A DNA stretch of 64,000 nt from Nitrospirota bacterium (GTDB lineage Bacteria; Nitrospirota; UBA9217), in contig CAWIYV010000013.1 of assembly GCA_963840455.1 (NCBI GenBank), positions 58,560 through 122,559 of the forward strand, in the 5' to 3' direction. The notes under the pieces are model-generated. The model saw only the letters and a program-made list of their open reading frames with translations, made no database searches and had not been told where the DNA came from. This document shows, in pieces, positions 29,098 to 38,787 of this stretch. The stretch's first letter is position 1. Each line of letters starts with the position of its first letter. Both the position numbers and the translations under genes were made by a program.

Positions 29098-30006
29098 TCA
29101 CGGCGGACATTTGGCGCACACGGACGTGAAGAGGGCCGTGCTCAGGTACCGGTCGCCGCGGTCGGGCAGGATGACGACGATGGTACCGGAACCGATCCGC
29201 TTCGCCATCTCGAGGGCGCCCCACACCGCGGCGCCGCTGCTCATGCCCACGAAGAGGCCTTCCCTGATCGCGAGCTGGCGCGTGGTGGTGAAGGCGTCGT
29301 CGTCGCTTACGCGGACCTTCCCGTCGGGGAAGGTCGCGTCATAGTTCTTCGGGACAATGGACTCCTGCATGTTCTTGAGCCCCTGGATCTTGTGGCCCAG
29401 GTTGGGCTCCACGCCGACGACGCGGACCTTGGGATCGAATTCCTTGAGCCGCCTGCCGGCGCCCATGAGGGTACCGGTGGTGCCCATGCCCGCGACAAAG
29501 ATGTCGATCCTGCCGTTGGTCTGTTCAATGATCTCTCTGCCCGTGGTCTCGTAGTGGGCCCGGACATTGGCCGGATTGTCGAACTGGTTCGGCATGAAGT
29601 ACTTGGTGCCTGCTTCGTCCATCATGCGGCGGGCCAGCTTGATGGCGCCGTCGGTGCCCTCGCAGCCGGGAGAGAGGATAAGCTCGGCGCCGAAGGCCTC
29701 GAGGACCTTACGGCGCTCCAGGCTGACGCACTCGGGCATGACGAGGACCACCTTGTAGCCCAGGGCCGCTCCCACCATGGCGAGCCCGATGCCCGTGTTC
29801 CCGGACGTGGCCTCGAGGATGGTGTCGCCCTGGCTGATGCGTTTGTTCTGCTCGGCGTCCCTGACCATGGCAAGGGCGATGCGGTCCTTCACGGAGCCGC
29901 CGGGGTTGTTCCCCTCGAGCTTTGCCAGGACCGTCACCTTCGGGTTTGGAGAAAGCGATTCCAGCTTCACGAGGGGTGTATTGCCGATGCTGTCGAGAAC
30001 TCCCAT
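29098..30006 (-). CDS. cysM: cysteine synthase (CysM/CysK family)
   Basis: [40 protein letters not shown]; symbol tentative between cysM and cysK. Confidence 0.88.
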   Translation of the reverse strand: MGVLDSIGNTPLVKLESLSPNPKVTVLAKLEGNNPGGSVKDRIALAMVRDAEQNKRISQGDTILEATSGNTGIGLAMVGAALGYKVVLVMPECVSLERRKVLEAFGAELILSPGCEGTDGAIKLARRMMDEAGTKYFMPNQFDNPANVRAHYETTGREIIEQTNGRIDIFVAGMGTTGTLMGAGRRLKEFDPKVRVVGVEPNLGHKIQGLKNMQESIVPKNYDATFPDGKVRVSDDDAFTTTRQLAIREGLFVGMSSGAAVWGALEMAKRIGSGTIVVILPDRGDRYLSTALFTSVCAKCPP

Positions 30007-30111
30007 GGACGATGCCTTTCCTCTGCAGAGCGTTTCCGGGAGTATATAGCAGATTTTGCGGAAATTGAACAGGAAAAATCGAGCATGATCGATACGTGTA
30101 CACCTGGTACC

Positions 30112-30390
30112 ATGACCTGCCGCGCCGGTTGCGGGGCGTGCTGCATCGCACCATCGATCTCCAGTCCTGTTCCCGGGATGCCGCAGGGAAAACCGGCTGG
30201 TGCGCGCTGCGCTCAGCTCCTGCCAGACCTCACCTGTGCCATCCATGGCAGCCCTGAGCGGCCGTCGGTGTGCGCGTCCTTTCCGGCCATGGCTGAACAC
30301 TGCGGCACGAACAGGGACGAGGCCCTGCGCCGGCTTGAAGAGCTCGAACAGCTGACCAAGGCCGGTCCGGGCCGTGAAGGACGCCTATGA
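30112..30390 (+). CDS. YkgJ family cysteine-cluster protein
   Basis: [33 protein letters not shown]. Confidence 0.87.
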   Translation: MTCRAGCGACCIAPSISSPVPGMPQGKPAGARCAQLLPDLTCAIHGSPERPSVCASFPAMAEHCGTNRDEALRRLEELEQLTKAGPGREGRL

Positions 30391-31100
30391 GCATCTGGCG
30401 TTTCATCGACAGCGGCCCCGCCTCGGGCGCTGAGAACATGGCCGTGGACGAAGGGCTTCTCCGGGAAGCGGTCAGCCCCGGCGCTCTTCCCGTGCTCAGG
30501 TTCTATACCTGGTCCCCGCCCGCGGTTTCGCTCGGCAGGTTCCAGGACAAGGAACGGGCCGTGAATGCCGAGGCCTGCCAGCAGCGCGGTTTCGATATCG
30601 TGCGGCGCATCACCGGCGGCAGGGCCGTGCTCCACTGCGACGAGCTCACCTACAGCGTCATAGCACGCAGCGACAGCGCCCTTTTCCCGAACGACATCCT
30701 CGGCACGTACAAGGTGATCGCAACCGGCCTTCTCGCGGGCCTGCACGAGCTTGGTATCGTTGCTGAGATGGTGTCGCGCTCCGGACGGCACGCGGGGATG
30801 GTGAAGAGCAGCCCCCAGGAGCCTGCCTGCTTTTCCTCTCCCTCATGGTACGAGCTCCTGGTAAAGGGCAGGAAGATCATCGGTAGCGCCCAGCGGCGCG
30901 TGGGCGGCGCTTTCCTCCAGCACGGTTCCATCCTCATCGGGTATGATCCTGCGCTCGAGGCCGAGGTCATCCCCGGAGGCGGCATGAGGGACGTCGTGAC
31001 CTGCATCAGGGCGGAACTGGGCAGGGAGATAGGGCCTGGCGAAGTGAAACGGGCATTCCGCGAAGGGTTCGCCCGGGCCCTGGATGTGCAATTTCAGTAA
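30387..31100 (+). CDS. lipoate-protein ligase A / LipM family
   Basis: NMAVDE, LRFYTW, VRRITGGRAVLH, GRKIIGSAQ, QHGSI. Confidence 0.9.
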   Translation: MSIWRFIDSGPASGAENMAVDEGLLREAVSPGALPVLRFYTWSPPAVSLGRFQDKERAVNAEACQQRGFDIVRRITGGRAVLHCDELTYSVIARSDSALFPNDILGTYKVIATGLLAGLHELGIVAEMVSRSGRHAGMVKSSPQEPACFSSPSWYELLVKGRKIIGSAQRRVGGAFLQHGSILIGYDPALEAEVIPGGGMRDVVTCIRAELGREIGPGEVKRAFREGFARALDVQFQ

Positions 31101-31212
31101 ATAATTATTGCCAGCGGGAGATCGTTGACCATCCGGGCCATCTCTCCTCGGCAGCCAGATCAAGAGTAAGGGCTGTGCTGATAATGGTGTATTCATCGAC
31201 CTATACATTGAA

Positions 31213-31325
31213 CCCAGGAGCGAGCGCATTCCCCGTAGCATGCAACGGGGTTCGCGAGCGATGAGAATAAACAATACTACCTTGAGGATCGAAGATTCCC
31301 TGCAGCTTTCTGCAGGGAGCTTCAA
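31213..31325 (+). mobile_element. element A copy
   Basis: TGAA|CCCAGGAGCGAGCGC...CCCTGCAGCTTTCTGCAGGGAGCTTCAA. Confidence 0.8.
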
Positions 31326-31360
31326 CACCAGGATCGTCGATCAAAGAGAATGGTGCAAAC

Positions 31361-31666
31361 ATGTCCGCTAAGGAAGAAATGTGCGGGAGAATATTGCTTT
31401 TGGCCGTTCTCGGGTTCCTGTTTGGATCGGTTTGGTGGAGCTACGATATTGCGATGTCGTTGAGGCATGGTTCTTGGATTGCCATGCATTTTGGCGATCT
31501 GCTGTTAAAAATAGGACTCAAACATTTTGTCAGGTGGGTTTACCATCCAAACGACTGGATAGGGTTGAGTCGCGTGCTCAAATATATTCTCGATATGTCT
31601 GCCTGTTTCGTGCTTATGGCAATATCAGCCATTGTATTTTTTATCGGAGTAGTAGTTGATGATTAA
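31361..31666 (+). CDS. small low-GC membrane protein
   Basis: Two hydrophobic segments; AT-richer than neighbours; lies between two element A copies. Confidence 0.65.
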   Translation: MSAKEEMCGRILLLAVLGFLFGSVWWSYDIAMSLRHGSWIAMHFGDLLLKIGLKHFVRWVYHPNDWIGLSRVLKYILDMSACFVLMAISAIVFFIGVVVDD

Positions 31667-31683
31667 GAGGGAGAAGCTATGAA

Positions 31684-31794
31684 TCCAGGAGCGAGCGCCT
31701 TCCCCGTAGCTTGCTGCGGGTAAGCGAGCGATGAGAATAAATAGTACTACCTTGAGGATCGAAGATTCCCTGCGGCTTGCTGCAGGGGCTTCAA
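31684..31794 (+). mobile_element. element A copy
   Basis: TGAA|TCCAGGAGCGAGCG...GCAGGGGCTTCAA. Confidence 0.8.
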
Positions 31795-32034
31795 TACTGC
31801 GATAATGACTTTGCTTCGCGGAATAGATGTGGGATAGACCTGAGAAGAGGTGATGCATGGCCATAGCATATCCAGATAAGTTGAAACGGTCAAAACGCCC
31901 GCCGACTAATCCTGGCTTCTCTTGGATTACAGAAGATGGGATGCAACCCTTCACCTTATGCAAATGCAACAACGTGAAAAGTTGCGAATTTTGGAAATTG
32001 ACGACTCCTCGTTTCTCTGATTAACTATAAATAA

Positions 32035-32153
32035 TCCACGAGAAAGCCAAACCTGTCGCGAGACGAGGGCGGAAAGCGGCGGATCTTATAGGTCTGAGAT
32101 GGCCGAGCTACCGAAGGATGATATTCCCGGTAAAGTCGGCTATTTTTGTTTTT
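32035..32153 (+). ncRNA. GEMM-I (c-di-GMP-I family) riboswitch 3 with overlapping terminator
   Basis: cgagaaagccaaacctgtcGCGAgacgagggcggaaagcggcggatctta...gagatggccgagctaccgaa; hairpin plus TTTTTGTTTTT. Confidence 0.85.
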
Positions 32154-32162
32154 GACGATAGA

Positions 32163-32389
32163 GCCGGATCTATCATGAAGGAATCGTCACTGGGCACGGT
32201 CGGCAATTTTCTTGCCGGCATTCTGGGCGGCGGCATTGGTGGCCAATTGCTTCGGCTTCTGGGGCTTGCCCAGGCATCGGGAGGCGGCATGGATATTGGC
32301 AGTATCATAAGCAGTATTGCAGGCGGTGGAGTCGGTGCGGCGTTCTCATGGCGATCATCGGTGTGGTCAAGAAGGCCATGGCCAAATAA
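32163..32389 (+). pseudogene. frameshifted Gly-rich small membrane protein gene (GlsB/YeaQ-like)
   Basis: SLGTVGNFLAGILGGGIGGQLL...IAGGGVG continues as GVLMAIIGVVKKAMAK-stop only if one base is restored near 32336; no RBS, N-terminus appears missing. Confidence 0.6.
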
Positions 32390-32613
32390 TCGTCAGATGT
32401 CCGTAAAAGGCTCATGAAATTCACAGAAGAGATCTTCTCTTTGTAGTGAACATATGTAATCATTTCTACCTTGGAGGGGTTCTCTGGTGAAGGTGAGGCA
32501 TTGAACATGCTTAAAATAAGTTTTTCAGCAGCTGATTTATAAGAGCGGCTGTCTGCATCGGATTACAGAACTCTAGATCAGAGCGACGAATACCAGAGAA
32601 AGGAGGTATGAAT

Positions 32614-33054
32614 ATGCTGAAAGCATTCAAGGATTTTATCATGCGTGGGAATGTAGTGGACCTGGCGGTGGGTATCATTATTGGTGCAGCTTTTGGAAAG
32701 ATTGTAACATCGTTTGTTAGTGATATCCTGATGCCACCACTGGGTTTGATCCTCGGAAAAATGGACTTCAGCGGGTTGTTCATCAACCTTTCCGGAACAG
32801 CCTACCCCTCGCTGACGGCGGCCAAAGCGGCTGGAGCGCCTACCATCAACTACGGGGCATTCATCAACACGATTGTCGATTTTCTCATCGTGGCAGTATC
32901 AATATATTTCATTGTCCTGCAAGTCGCCAAGTTGCATAAAAAGAGTGAAGCGCAGCCGGCACCGACCACTAAAGAATGTCCTTATTGCCTATCGGCCATC
33001 GCGATAAAGGCAACCCGCTGCCCTCACTGCACATCTGAGATAAAAGCAGCATAG
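32614..33054 (+). CDS. mscL: large-conductance mechanosensitive channel with C-terminal zinc ribbon
   Basis: [32 protein letters not shown]; tail ECPYC...RCPHC. Confidence 0.93.
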   Translation: MLKAFKDFIMRGNVVDLAVGIIIGAAFGKIVTSFVSDILMPPLGLILGKMDFSGLFINLSGTAYPSLTAAKAAGAPTINYGAFINTIVDFLIVAVSIYFIVLQVAKLHKKSEAQPAPTTKECPYCLSAIAIKATRCPHCTSEIKAA

Positions 33055-33116
33055 AGAGAAGATTTGATGGTGTACTAACTGGCAGAAGGAATGTTCATTC
33101 ACCGGAGGGAACAACC

Positions 33117-34340
33117 ATGAAGATCAGAACGCTGGTGATGGTATTGCTGATCGTATTTGTTCTCACTCTATCGTCGGCCCCTGCCCAGATGACTCCAGGC
33201 AGCGTGTCGATCAGTCCATATTTTGGCGGTTACACATTCGACTCCGACCTGCATCTGGAAACAAAACCGGTGTATGGATTGCGTCTGGGCTACGACGTCA
33301 CCCGCCGATGGGGCCTGGAGCTTGCCGCTGACTATGTTTCCACCGAGCTAAAACAAGGAGGGGACAAGGTAAGGTCATTGGGTTATCGACTGGACGGGCT
33401 TTATCATTTCATGCCCGATAACAAGCTCGTTCCGTTTGTAGCAGCCGGAGTTGGCGGAACGACCCTCCACTATCCCGCAGGGATGAATAATGAAACCGAC
33501 TGGCTGTTCAACTACGGTGCCGGCGTCAAATACTTTTTTACCAGCGCCCTTGCCTTGCGGGCCGATATCAGGCAACTCCTCGTGTTCGACGGGGGGCGCA
33601 GTGATTTCGAATACACCATAGGTCTCACCTTCCTGTTTGGCGGCAAGAAGGCCACTGCTGCTCCTCAGGCTCCCCCGCCGGCTGCTGCAGCGGTACTTGA
33701 CTCCGATGGCGACGGCGTGCCCGATGATCTGGATATGTGCCCCGATACACCAAAAGGGGTAAAGGTTGACAAGAATGGCTGTCCGCCCGATAGCGACGGC
33801 GACGGTGTGCCCGATTATCTGGATACATGCCCTGATACGCCGAAGGGGGTAACGGTGGACAAGGACGGCTGTCCGCTCGATACTGATCGCGACGGCGTTC
33901 CTGATTATTTGGATAAATGCCCTGATACACCAAAAGGGGCAAAGGTCGATAAGGACGGCTGCCCCATTCCCCAGAAAGCGGCAGAAAAAGTCAGCATTGC
34001 CCTGGAGATAGGATTCGACACCGGCAAGGCGGACATCAAGCCGCAATACCGCGACCAGATCAAGAAGGTTGCAGACTTCATGAAGACCTATCCTGAAACT
34101 ATCGCTGTCATTGAGGGGCACACGGATAATGTTGGCAAGGAGGAATCAAACCTCCGCCTTTCCACAAAGAGGGCCGAGAGCGTGCGCACCTACCTGACCG
34201 AGAAATTCGGCATTGCAGAGAACCGTCTGAGCGCCCGAGGGTATGGTTCATCGCGCCCGGTTGCTGATAATGCCACGCCGGAAGGACGGCAAAGGAACCG
34301 TCGGATCGAGGCAGTCATTGAAACGACCATCACACGATAG
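33117..34340 (+). CDS. OmpA/OprF-like outer membrane protein with thrombospondin type-3-like repeats
   Basis: Signal peptide, beta-barrel, three DxDGDGVPDxLDxCPDTPKG repeats, EGHTDN...NRRIE. Confidence 0.92.
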   Translation: MKIRTLVMVLLIVFVLTLSSAPAQMTPGSVSISPYFGGYTFDSDLHLETKPVYGLRLGYDVTRRWGLELAADYVSTELKQGGDKVRSLGYRLDGLYHFMPDNKLVPFVAAGVGGTTLHYPAGMNNETDWLFNYGAGVKYFFTSALALRADIRQLLVFDGGRSDFEYTIGLTFLFGGKKATAAPQAPPPAAAAVLDSDGDGVPDDLDMCPDTPKGVKVDKNGCPPDSDGDGVPDYLDTCPDTPKGVTVDKDGCPLDTDRDGVPDYLDKCPDTPKGAKVDKDGCPIPQKAAEKVSIALEIGFDTGKADIKPQYRDQIKKVADFMKTYPETIAVIEGHTDNVGKEESNLRLSTKRAESVRTYLTEKFGIAENRLSARGYGSSRPVADNATPEGRQRNRRIEAVIETTITR

Positions 34341-34454
34341 CGTTTCTGCCGCGGCCGGAGAACGCCTTTCCTCCGGCCGCAGTTTATGAAGATCAGGCGG
34401 CCTTTGCGATTTCACCGTCAATATCATGACCGGATTCAGACGGAGGGGAAGCCT

Positions 34455-34949
34455 GTGAACCTCTTTTTTATCGCGGTTATTATCTTACTGGTCATCGTGG
34501 GTCTCATCGCCCTTTCGGGGGACAGTCACTTGAAGACCGAAGCGGCGAACCCTGCTGAGGTTCAGGGTACATTTACGCTCCTGCTGTATGGCTCCAGCTC
34601 CCCGAATGACTTGGCGAATATCGCAATTCTTGACAAGGAAGGAGACCCCTACTCGTTCGAGATCTATGCACCTGACTATTCGTACACCGTCCGGGCCGGA
34701 CTGAATGCGGCGCAGGCGCTACAGGAAGCGGAGCGGTTCGTCCGGCGCAATATCCAGTTCGAACGGTCCCGATTGCACAGAGTCCTGAGCCCTGCAGGTG
34801 CGGGGATCGGGTTTGAACTGAGGCCGCTCTATTCCGTCGGAACATTTGGGAGAGACGACATCCTCGATGTCAGATACTCGATCAGGGACAGAAAGATCGT
34901 TGTCCGTATAAAGCTCGATCCTTCGATAGAAAAGCAAACCACGAACTAG
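34455..34949 (+). CDS. hypothetical membrane-anchored protein
   Basis: GGAGGGG RBS before GTG; N-terminal TM segment. Confidence 0.65.
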   Translation: MNLFFIAVIILLVIVGLIALSGDSHLKTEAANPAEVQGTFTLLLYGSSSPNDLANIAILDKEGDPYSFEIYAPDYSYTVRAGLNAAQALQEAERFVRRNIQFERSRLHRVLSPAGAGIGFELRPLYSVGTFGRDDILDVRYSIRDRKIVVRIKLDPSIEKQTTN

Positions 34950-35353
34950 AAGCCTGCGGGGTCACCCATGAAAAGGGCTGTTACGTGAGAAAACCGCTCT
35001 CCTGTTGAAGCCTATCCTCAAGGGTCATTAATCAATCATCTATCCGGCCTCGATCGCGCGGCACACGGTAACGTCTGCTGCCGGCCTCTCATCCAGACTT
35101 AAAGGCTTCCTCCAGCAGGAGGAGCCATGGCACCAGGGAGACGGCCGGTCTATTCCTTCACAAACGGCCTGTTGTCCACCAGCATCTCTCTTGCAACCGC
35201 AACCGCGCTGTATTCTTACCGTGCTTGTACGCGATCCTTGCAGCTCTTGGCAAAATGCTGGGGCCGCTCGATCAGTCTCATTTGACAGCTCTTTTCACGT
35301 GACCCGTATGCACCGTCGTTGCGCCCGGCGCGCCTTTGTGCTATATACAAACC

Positions 35354-36046
35354 ATGTTCCCGATCAAGGACACCGTGCCGCGCGTGCACTTTCCCGTGAT
35401 GACCGTCGCGATCATCGCCGGGAACGTCCTGGTCTTCCTGCTTGAACTCAGCCTTCCCGAGAAGGTCCTGAACGATCTCATCTATGTATTCGGTCTGGTT
35501 CCGGCACGGTATTCCCACCCGGCCTGGGCGGAGTTCGTCGGCTATCCGCTCGACACCTACTGGCCCTTCCTCACCAACCTGTTCCTGCACGGAGGATGGC
35601 TCCATATCATCGCCAACATGTGGTTCCTCTACCTCTTCGGGGACAACGTCGAGGACCGGATGGGCCCGCTCCGATTCCTGATCTTCTATCTTCTGGCCGG
35701 GGTCGCCGCCAATCTCGTTCACTATACCTTGAGCCGGGACTCCACCATGCCCGTCATCGGTGCGTCGGGAGCGATCGCCGGCGTGATGGCCGCCTACCTG
35801 CGGCTCTTTCCCCGGGCCCGCATCACCATGCTCGTTCCCGTGCTGATCTTTCCGCTCTTCTTCGAGGTGCCGGCATTGTTCTTCATGCTCTTCTGGTTCT
35901 TCCTTCAGCTTTTATCAGGAGCAGCGTCACTGGCGGTCGCGCACTCGGGGGAGGGAATAGCCTGGTGGGCGCACGTCGGCGGTTTCGTCCTCGGTTTCCT
36001 GCTGGTCCGGCCGCTCTGCGGCAGCAGCCAGAGCGGCTGTCGGTGA
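35354..36046 (+). CDS. rhomboid intramembrane serine protease
   Basis: FLHGGWLHIIANM, GASGAIAG, AHVGGF. Confidence 0.93.
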   Translation: MFPIKDTVPRVHFPVMTVAIIAGNVLVFLLELSLPEKVLNDLIYVFGLVPARYSHPAWAEFVGYPLDTYWPFLTNLFLHGGWLHIIANMWFLYLFGDNVEDRMGPLRFLIFYLLAGVAANLVHYTLSRDSTMPVIGASGAIAGVMAAYLRLFPRARITMLVPVLIFPLFFEVPALFFMLFWFFLQLLSGAASLAVAHSGEGIAWWAHVGGFVLGFLLVRPLCGSSQSGCR

Positions 36047-36236
36047 TCACTACGCTCTTCTCCCCCATCGCTCCCTTCATGTTTCCACGAACTTCTACCG
36101 ATGGATAATACCATAGTTGCATCATCTCGCGAGAGCGTGTGAGCTTTTTAGCCATCCATTCCTTTTCCCTTTTTTGGGGTATACTTGTAATGCATAAGAT
36201 ATATTCAAATGAAGATCTTATCTGAGGAGGTCAACA

Positions 36237-37691
36237 ATGAACACACAGGGGAGGCATAACGGAATATTCCGTAGTTCTCTTTATTTCTTAACAGGGCTCT
36301 TTCTGGCCGCCGGTATTTCCTCATCGGACATTGCTGCGGCGCGGGAAAAGGCCATTTCGCCGGAATCTGTCAAAACGCTGAGCGGTCTGAGCGAGGCCCT
36401 GGCCGACGTTGCTGACGCCGTGCGGCCTGCGGTTGTTAACATATCGACGACCTCGGTCGTGAACATGGAGGACAGCCCTTACGGCGATATGTTCAACGAC
36501 CCGTTCTTCCGGCACTTTTTCGGCGACGGGCATCCCGGTATGAAACGAAAATACAAGTCATCAGCCCTTGGTTCCGGCGTGATCGTGAATGAGAACGGCT
36601 TTATCCTGACGAATAATCACGTGGTCAAGGGCGCCGACGAGATCAAGGTCATACTCTATGACAAGCGGGAGTTCAAGGGCAAGGTGGTCGGCACTGACCC
36701 GCGAACAGACCTCTCCGTGGTCAAGATCGAAGCAACGAACCTGCCGACGCTCACGCTCGGCGACTCCAGCAAATTGAAGACCGGTGATGTCGTCCTTGCC
36801 ATCGGCAACCCCTTCGGCTTGAATCAGACCATCACTATGGGGATCGTGAGCGCCGTAGGGCGCTCGAACATCGGGCTTGCCGATTTTGAGGACTTCATCC
36901 AGACCGATGCGGCCATCAATCCGGGCAATTCAGGCGGAGCGCTCGTGAACGGCAGGGGCGAACTCGTTGGCATCAACACGGCGATCTTTTCGACCAGCGG
37001 CGGCTACATGGGGATCGGGTTCGCCATTCCGTCGGACATGGCGAAATCGGTCATGGACAGCATCATCAAGCACGGAAAGGTGATCCGCGGGTGGCTCGGC
37101 GTGAGCATCCAGAACCTTACCCCCGATCTTGCCAAATCGCTCGGGATCAAGGAAACGGAAGGTGCCCTGATTGCGGGCGTAGAAAACAGCAGCCCCGCGG
37201 ATAAAGCGGGTCTCAAGCGGGGCGACCTCATAACCGAAATGAACGGCAAAAAGATCACCGACGCAACGACCCTTCGCAATGTGGTCGCCTCGATGGCACC
37301 GGAAGCGAAGGCCGACATCAAGATCATCAGGAGCGGCAAGGAGCTGACGATCACGGCGGTGCTTGGAGAGTATAAGGAGAAGAAGATAGTCAAGAAAACG
37401 GCGTACAATAATGCATTTAAGGGAGTCACGGTCCAGGAGCTCACTCCGAGCCTGCGGGATAAGCTGAACCTGCCGGAAGGCATGGCCGGCGTTGTGGTCA
37501 CTGATATCGCTTCGGACAGTCCCTCCCAGGGTCTGCTGCAGGTGAATGACGTGATCGAGGAAATGAATCGCAAGGCGGTCCGAAGCGCGCAGGAATACGA
37601 GGCCATCGTATCGAAGATCGGCGAGCATGATACCGTTCTCCTGCTGATCTTCCGGGACGGCGGGTCGATCTTTATGACGATAAAGCCGTAA
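36237..37691 (+). CDS. DegP/DegQ (HtrA) periplasmic serine protease
   Basis: TNNHVV, QTDAAINPGNSGG, two PDZ domains. Confidence 0.94.
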   Translation: MNTQGRHNGIFRSSLYFLTGLFLAAGISSSDIAAAREKAISPESVKTLSGLSEALADVADAVRPAVVNISTTSVVNMEDSPYGDMFNDPFFRHFFGDGHPGMKRKYKSSALGSGVIVNENGFILTNNHVVKGADEIKVILYDKREFKGKVVGTDPRTDLSVVKIEATNLPTLTLGDSSKLKTGDVVLAIGNPFGLNQTITMGIVSAVGRSNIGLADFEDFIQTDAAINPGNSGGALVNGRGELVGINTAIFSTSGGYMGIGFAIPSDMAKSVMDSIIKHGKVIRGWLGVSIQNLTPDLAKSLGIKETEGALIAGVENSSPADKAGLKRGDLITEMNGKKITDATTLRNVVASMAPEAKADIKIIRSGKELTITAVLGEYKEKKIVKKTAYNNAFKGVTVQELTPSLRDKLNLPEGMAGVVVTDIASDSPSQGLLQVNDVIEEMNRKAVRSAQEYEAIVSKIGEHDTVLLLIFRDGGSIFMTIKP

Positions 37692-37775
37692 GGGCACGAG
37701 CATGCTTCGAGCGCAACGCATATCTGGCGGAGGGTTGCCGGCTCCTCCTTCGTGCCGATCGTAAGACACCATACC

Positions 37776-37808
37776 AAAGGCCGGGAGATCATCCCGGCCT
37801 TCTGTTTT
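37776..37808. terminator. intrinsic terminator between convergent genes
   Basis: AAAGGCCGGGA / TCCCGGCCTTT plus T-tract. Confidence 0.75.
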
Positions 37809-37836
37809 GCTCCCTAGCTGCCATTCGGCGATCCTC

Positions 37837-38787
37837 TCACCTTCCCATCGCAGTCATCAGTGCCAGCAGCCTGCCGATCAGCTCCGGCACGATGGTCATG
37901 CCGCGGCCCCGCAGGAGGGCCTGCGTTGACGCCAGCAGTTTGGCGTAGAAGCCCGTCGGGAACCAGGAGTAGACAACGATGACGAAGAAGGCGAGCAAGA
38001 GGACGAGCAGGAAGGTCCCCTTGATCTGGGGGAAGACGCCGCGCACCCATCCCTGCGTCCTGCCGCGGTAATACGCGGCCCTGATCCGCTCCCAGAGCGG
38101 CTCCTTCAGCAGGTCGTCGTGGCTCACCTTGAACGCATCATAGGCGCTCAGGGTCCAGACGAGCGGCGCCGTTGGCGCAATGATCAGGCAGACCGCGAAG
38201 ATCTCTTCTATGACGAAGCGGGCATCGCCGCTGTCAAGGAGCGGCCAGGCGAGGAAAGTAAAAGCGACCGAAAGAATGGAAAAACTCTCGATGACAGCCA
38301 GGACCGAGAAGATGCTGCCTTTGATCGGCTGGCCGTTCAGGAACTGCCCCCAGCCGGGTACCACGAGCGAGCCGAGGAAGGGCGCGACGCGGTTGTTCGT
38401 GCCGCGGAAGCGGGTCTTCCGCGTCCGGGCTGCGCTGCGATAGGCGTCGGCGGCGTTCGAGACCCAGAACAGGATGAGGAAGAGGAGCAGGGTTTCGCCG
38501 CCGAGGAACATCGAGGAAAGGGAGGCCCCGCTTGCCCGCAGGAACCGGAGCAGTTCATTGTCATAGATCACGAACAGCACGGCGCCTGCCAGGACCAATG
38601 CCTGCGAGACCAGGAACACAGCACCCTTAACGAGCTGGTCGATGTACAGCTGGCCGCCCCCCCAGTAGAACATCGAGAGGTTGTAGGCTTTGGACGGGTC
38701 CTTCTCCTCCCGAGGGGTGGGTCTTGGCCCTGTTGGCTTCTTCCGCAGGTACGACGCAGGGTCCTTTATCTCCCATACTTTATCCAT
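37837..38787 (-). CDS. hypothetical membrane protein with an internal duplication
   Basis: Two GxGQ(L/F)...KG...DA(Y/F) modules; several TMs. Confidence 0.75.
   Translation of the reverse strand: MDKVWEIKDPASYLRKKPTGPRPTPREEKDPSKAYNLSMFYWGGGQLYIDQLVKGAVFLVSQALVLAGAVLFVIYDNELLRFLRASGASLSSMFLGGETLLLFLILFWVSNAADAYRSAARTRKTRFRGTNNRVAPFLGSLVVPGWGQFLNGQPIKGSIFSVLAVIESFSILSVAFTFLAWPLLDSGDARFVIEEIFAVCLIIAPTAPLVWTLSAYDAFKVSHDDLLKEPLWERIRAAYYRGRTQGWVRGVFPQIKGTFLLVLLLAFFVIVVYSWFPTGFYAKLLASTQALLRGRGMTIVPELIGRLLALMTAMGR

Noticed and set aside
31213-31794. Integron cassette with attC sites
   Set aside because: The repeats lack the RYYYAAC...GTTRRRY single-hairpin layout, occur dispersed in both orientations, and no integrase is present
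31857-32024. 55-aa ORF with a GAGGTG RBS-like site
   Set aside because: Overlaps the riboswitch 3 promoter and has no recognisable motif; cannot be supported without homologs
33698-33963. ~87-bp tandem DNA repeats
   Set aside because: Explained by the protein-level TSP3-like repeats of the OmpA protein
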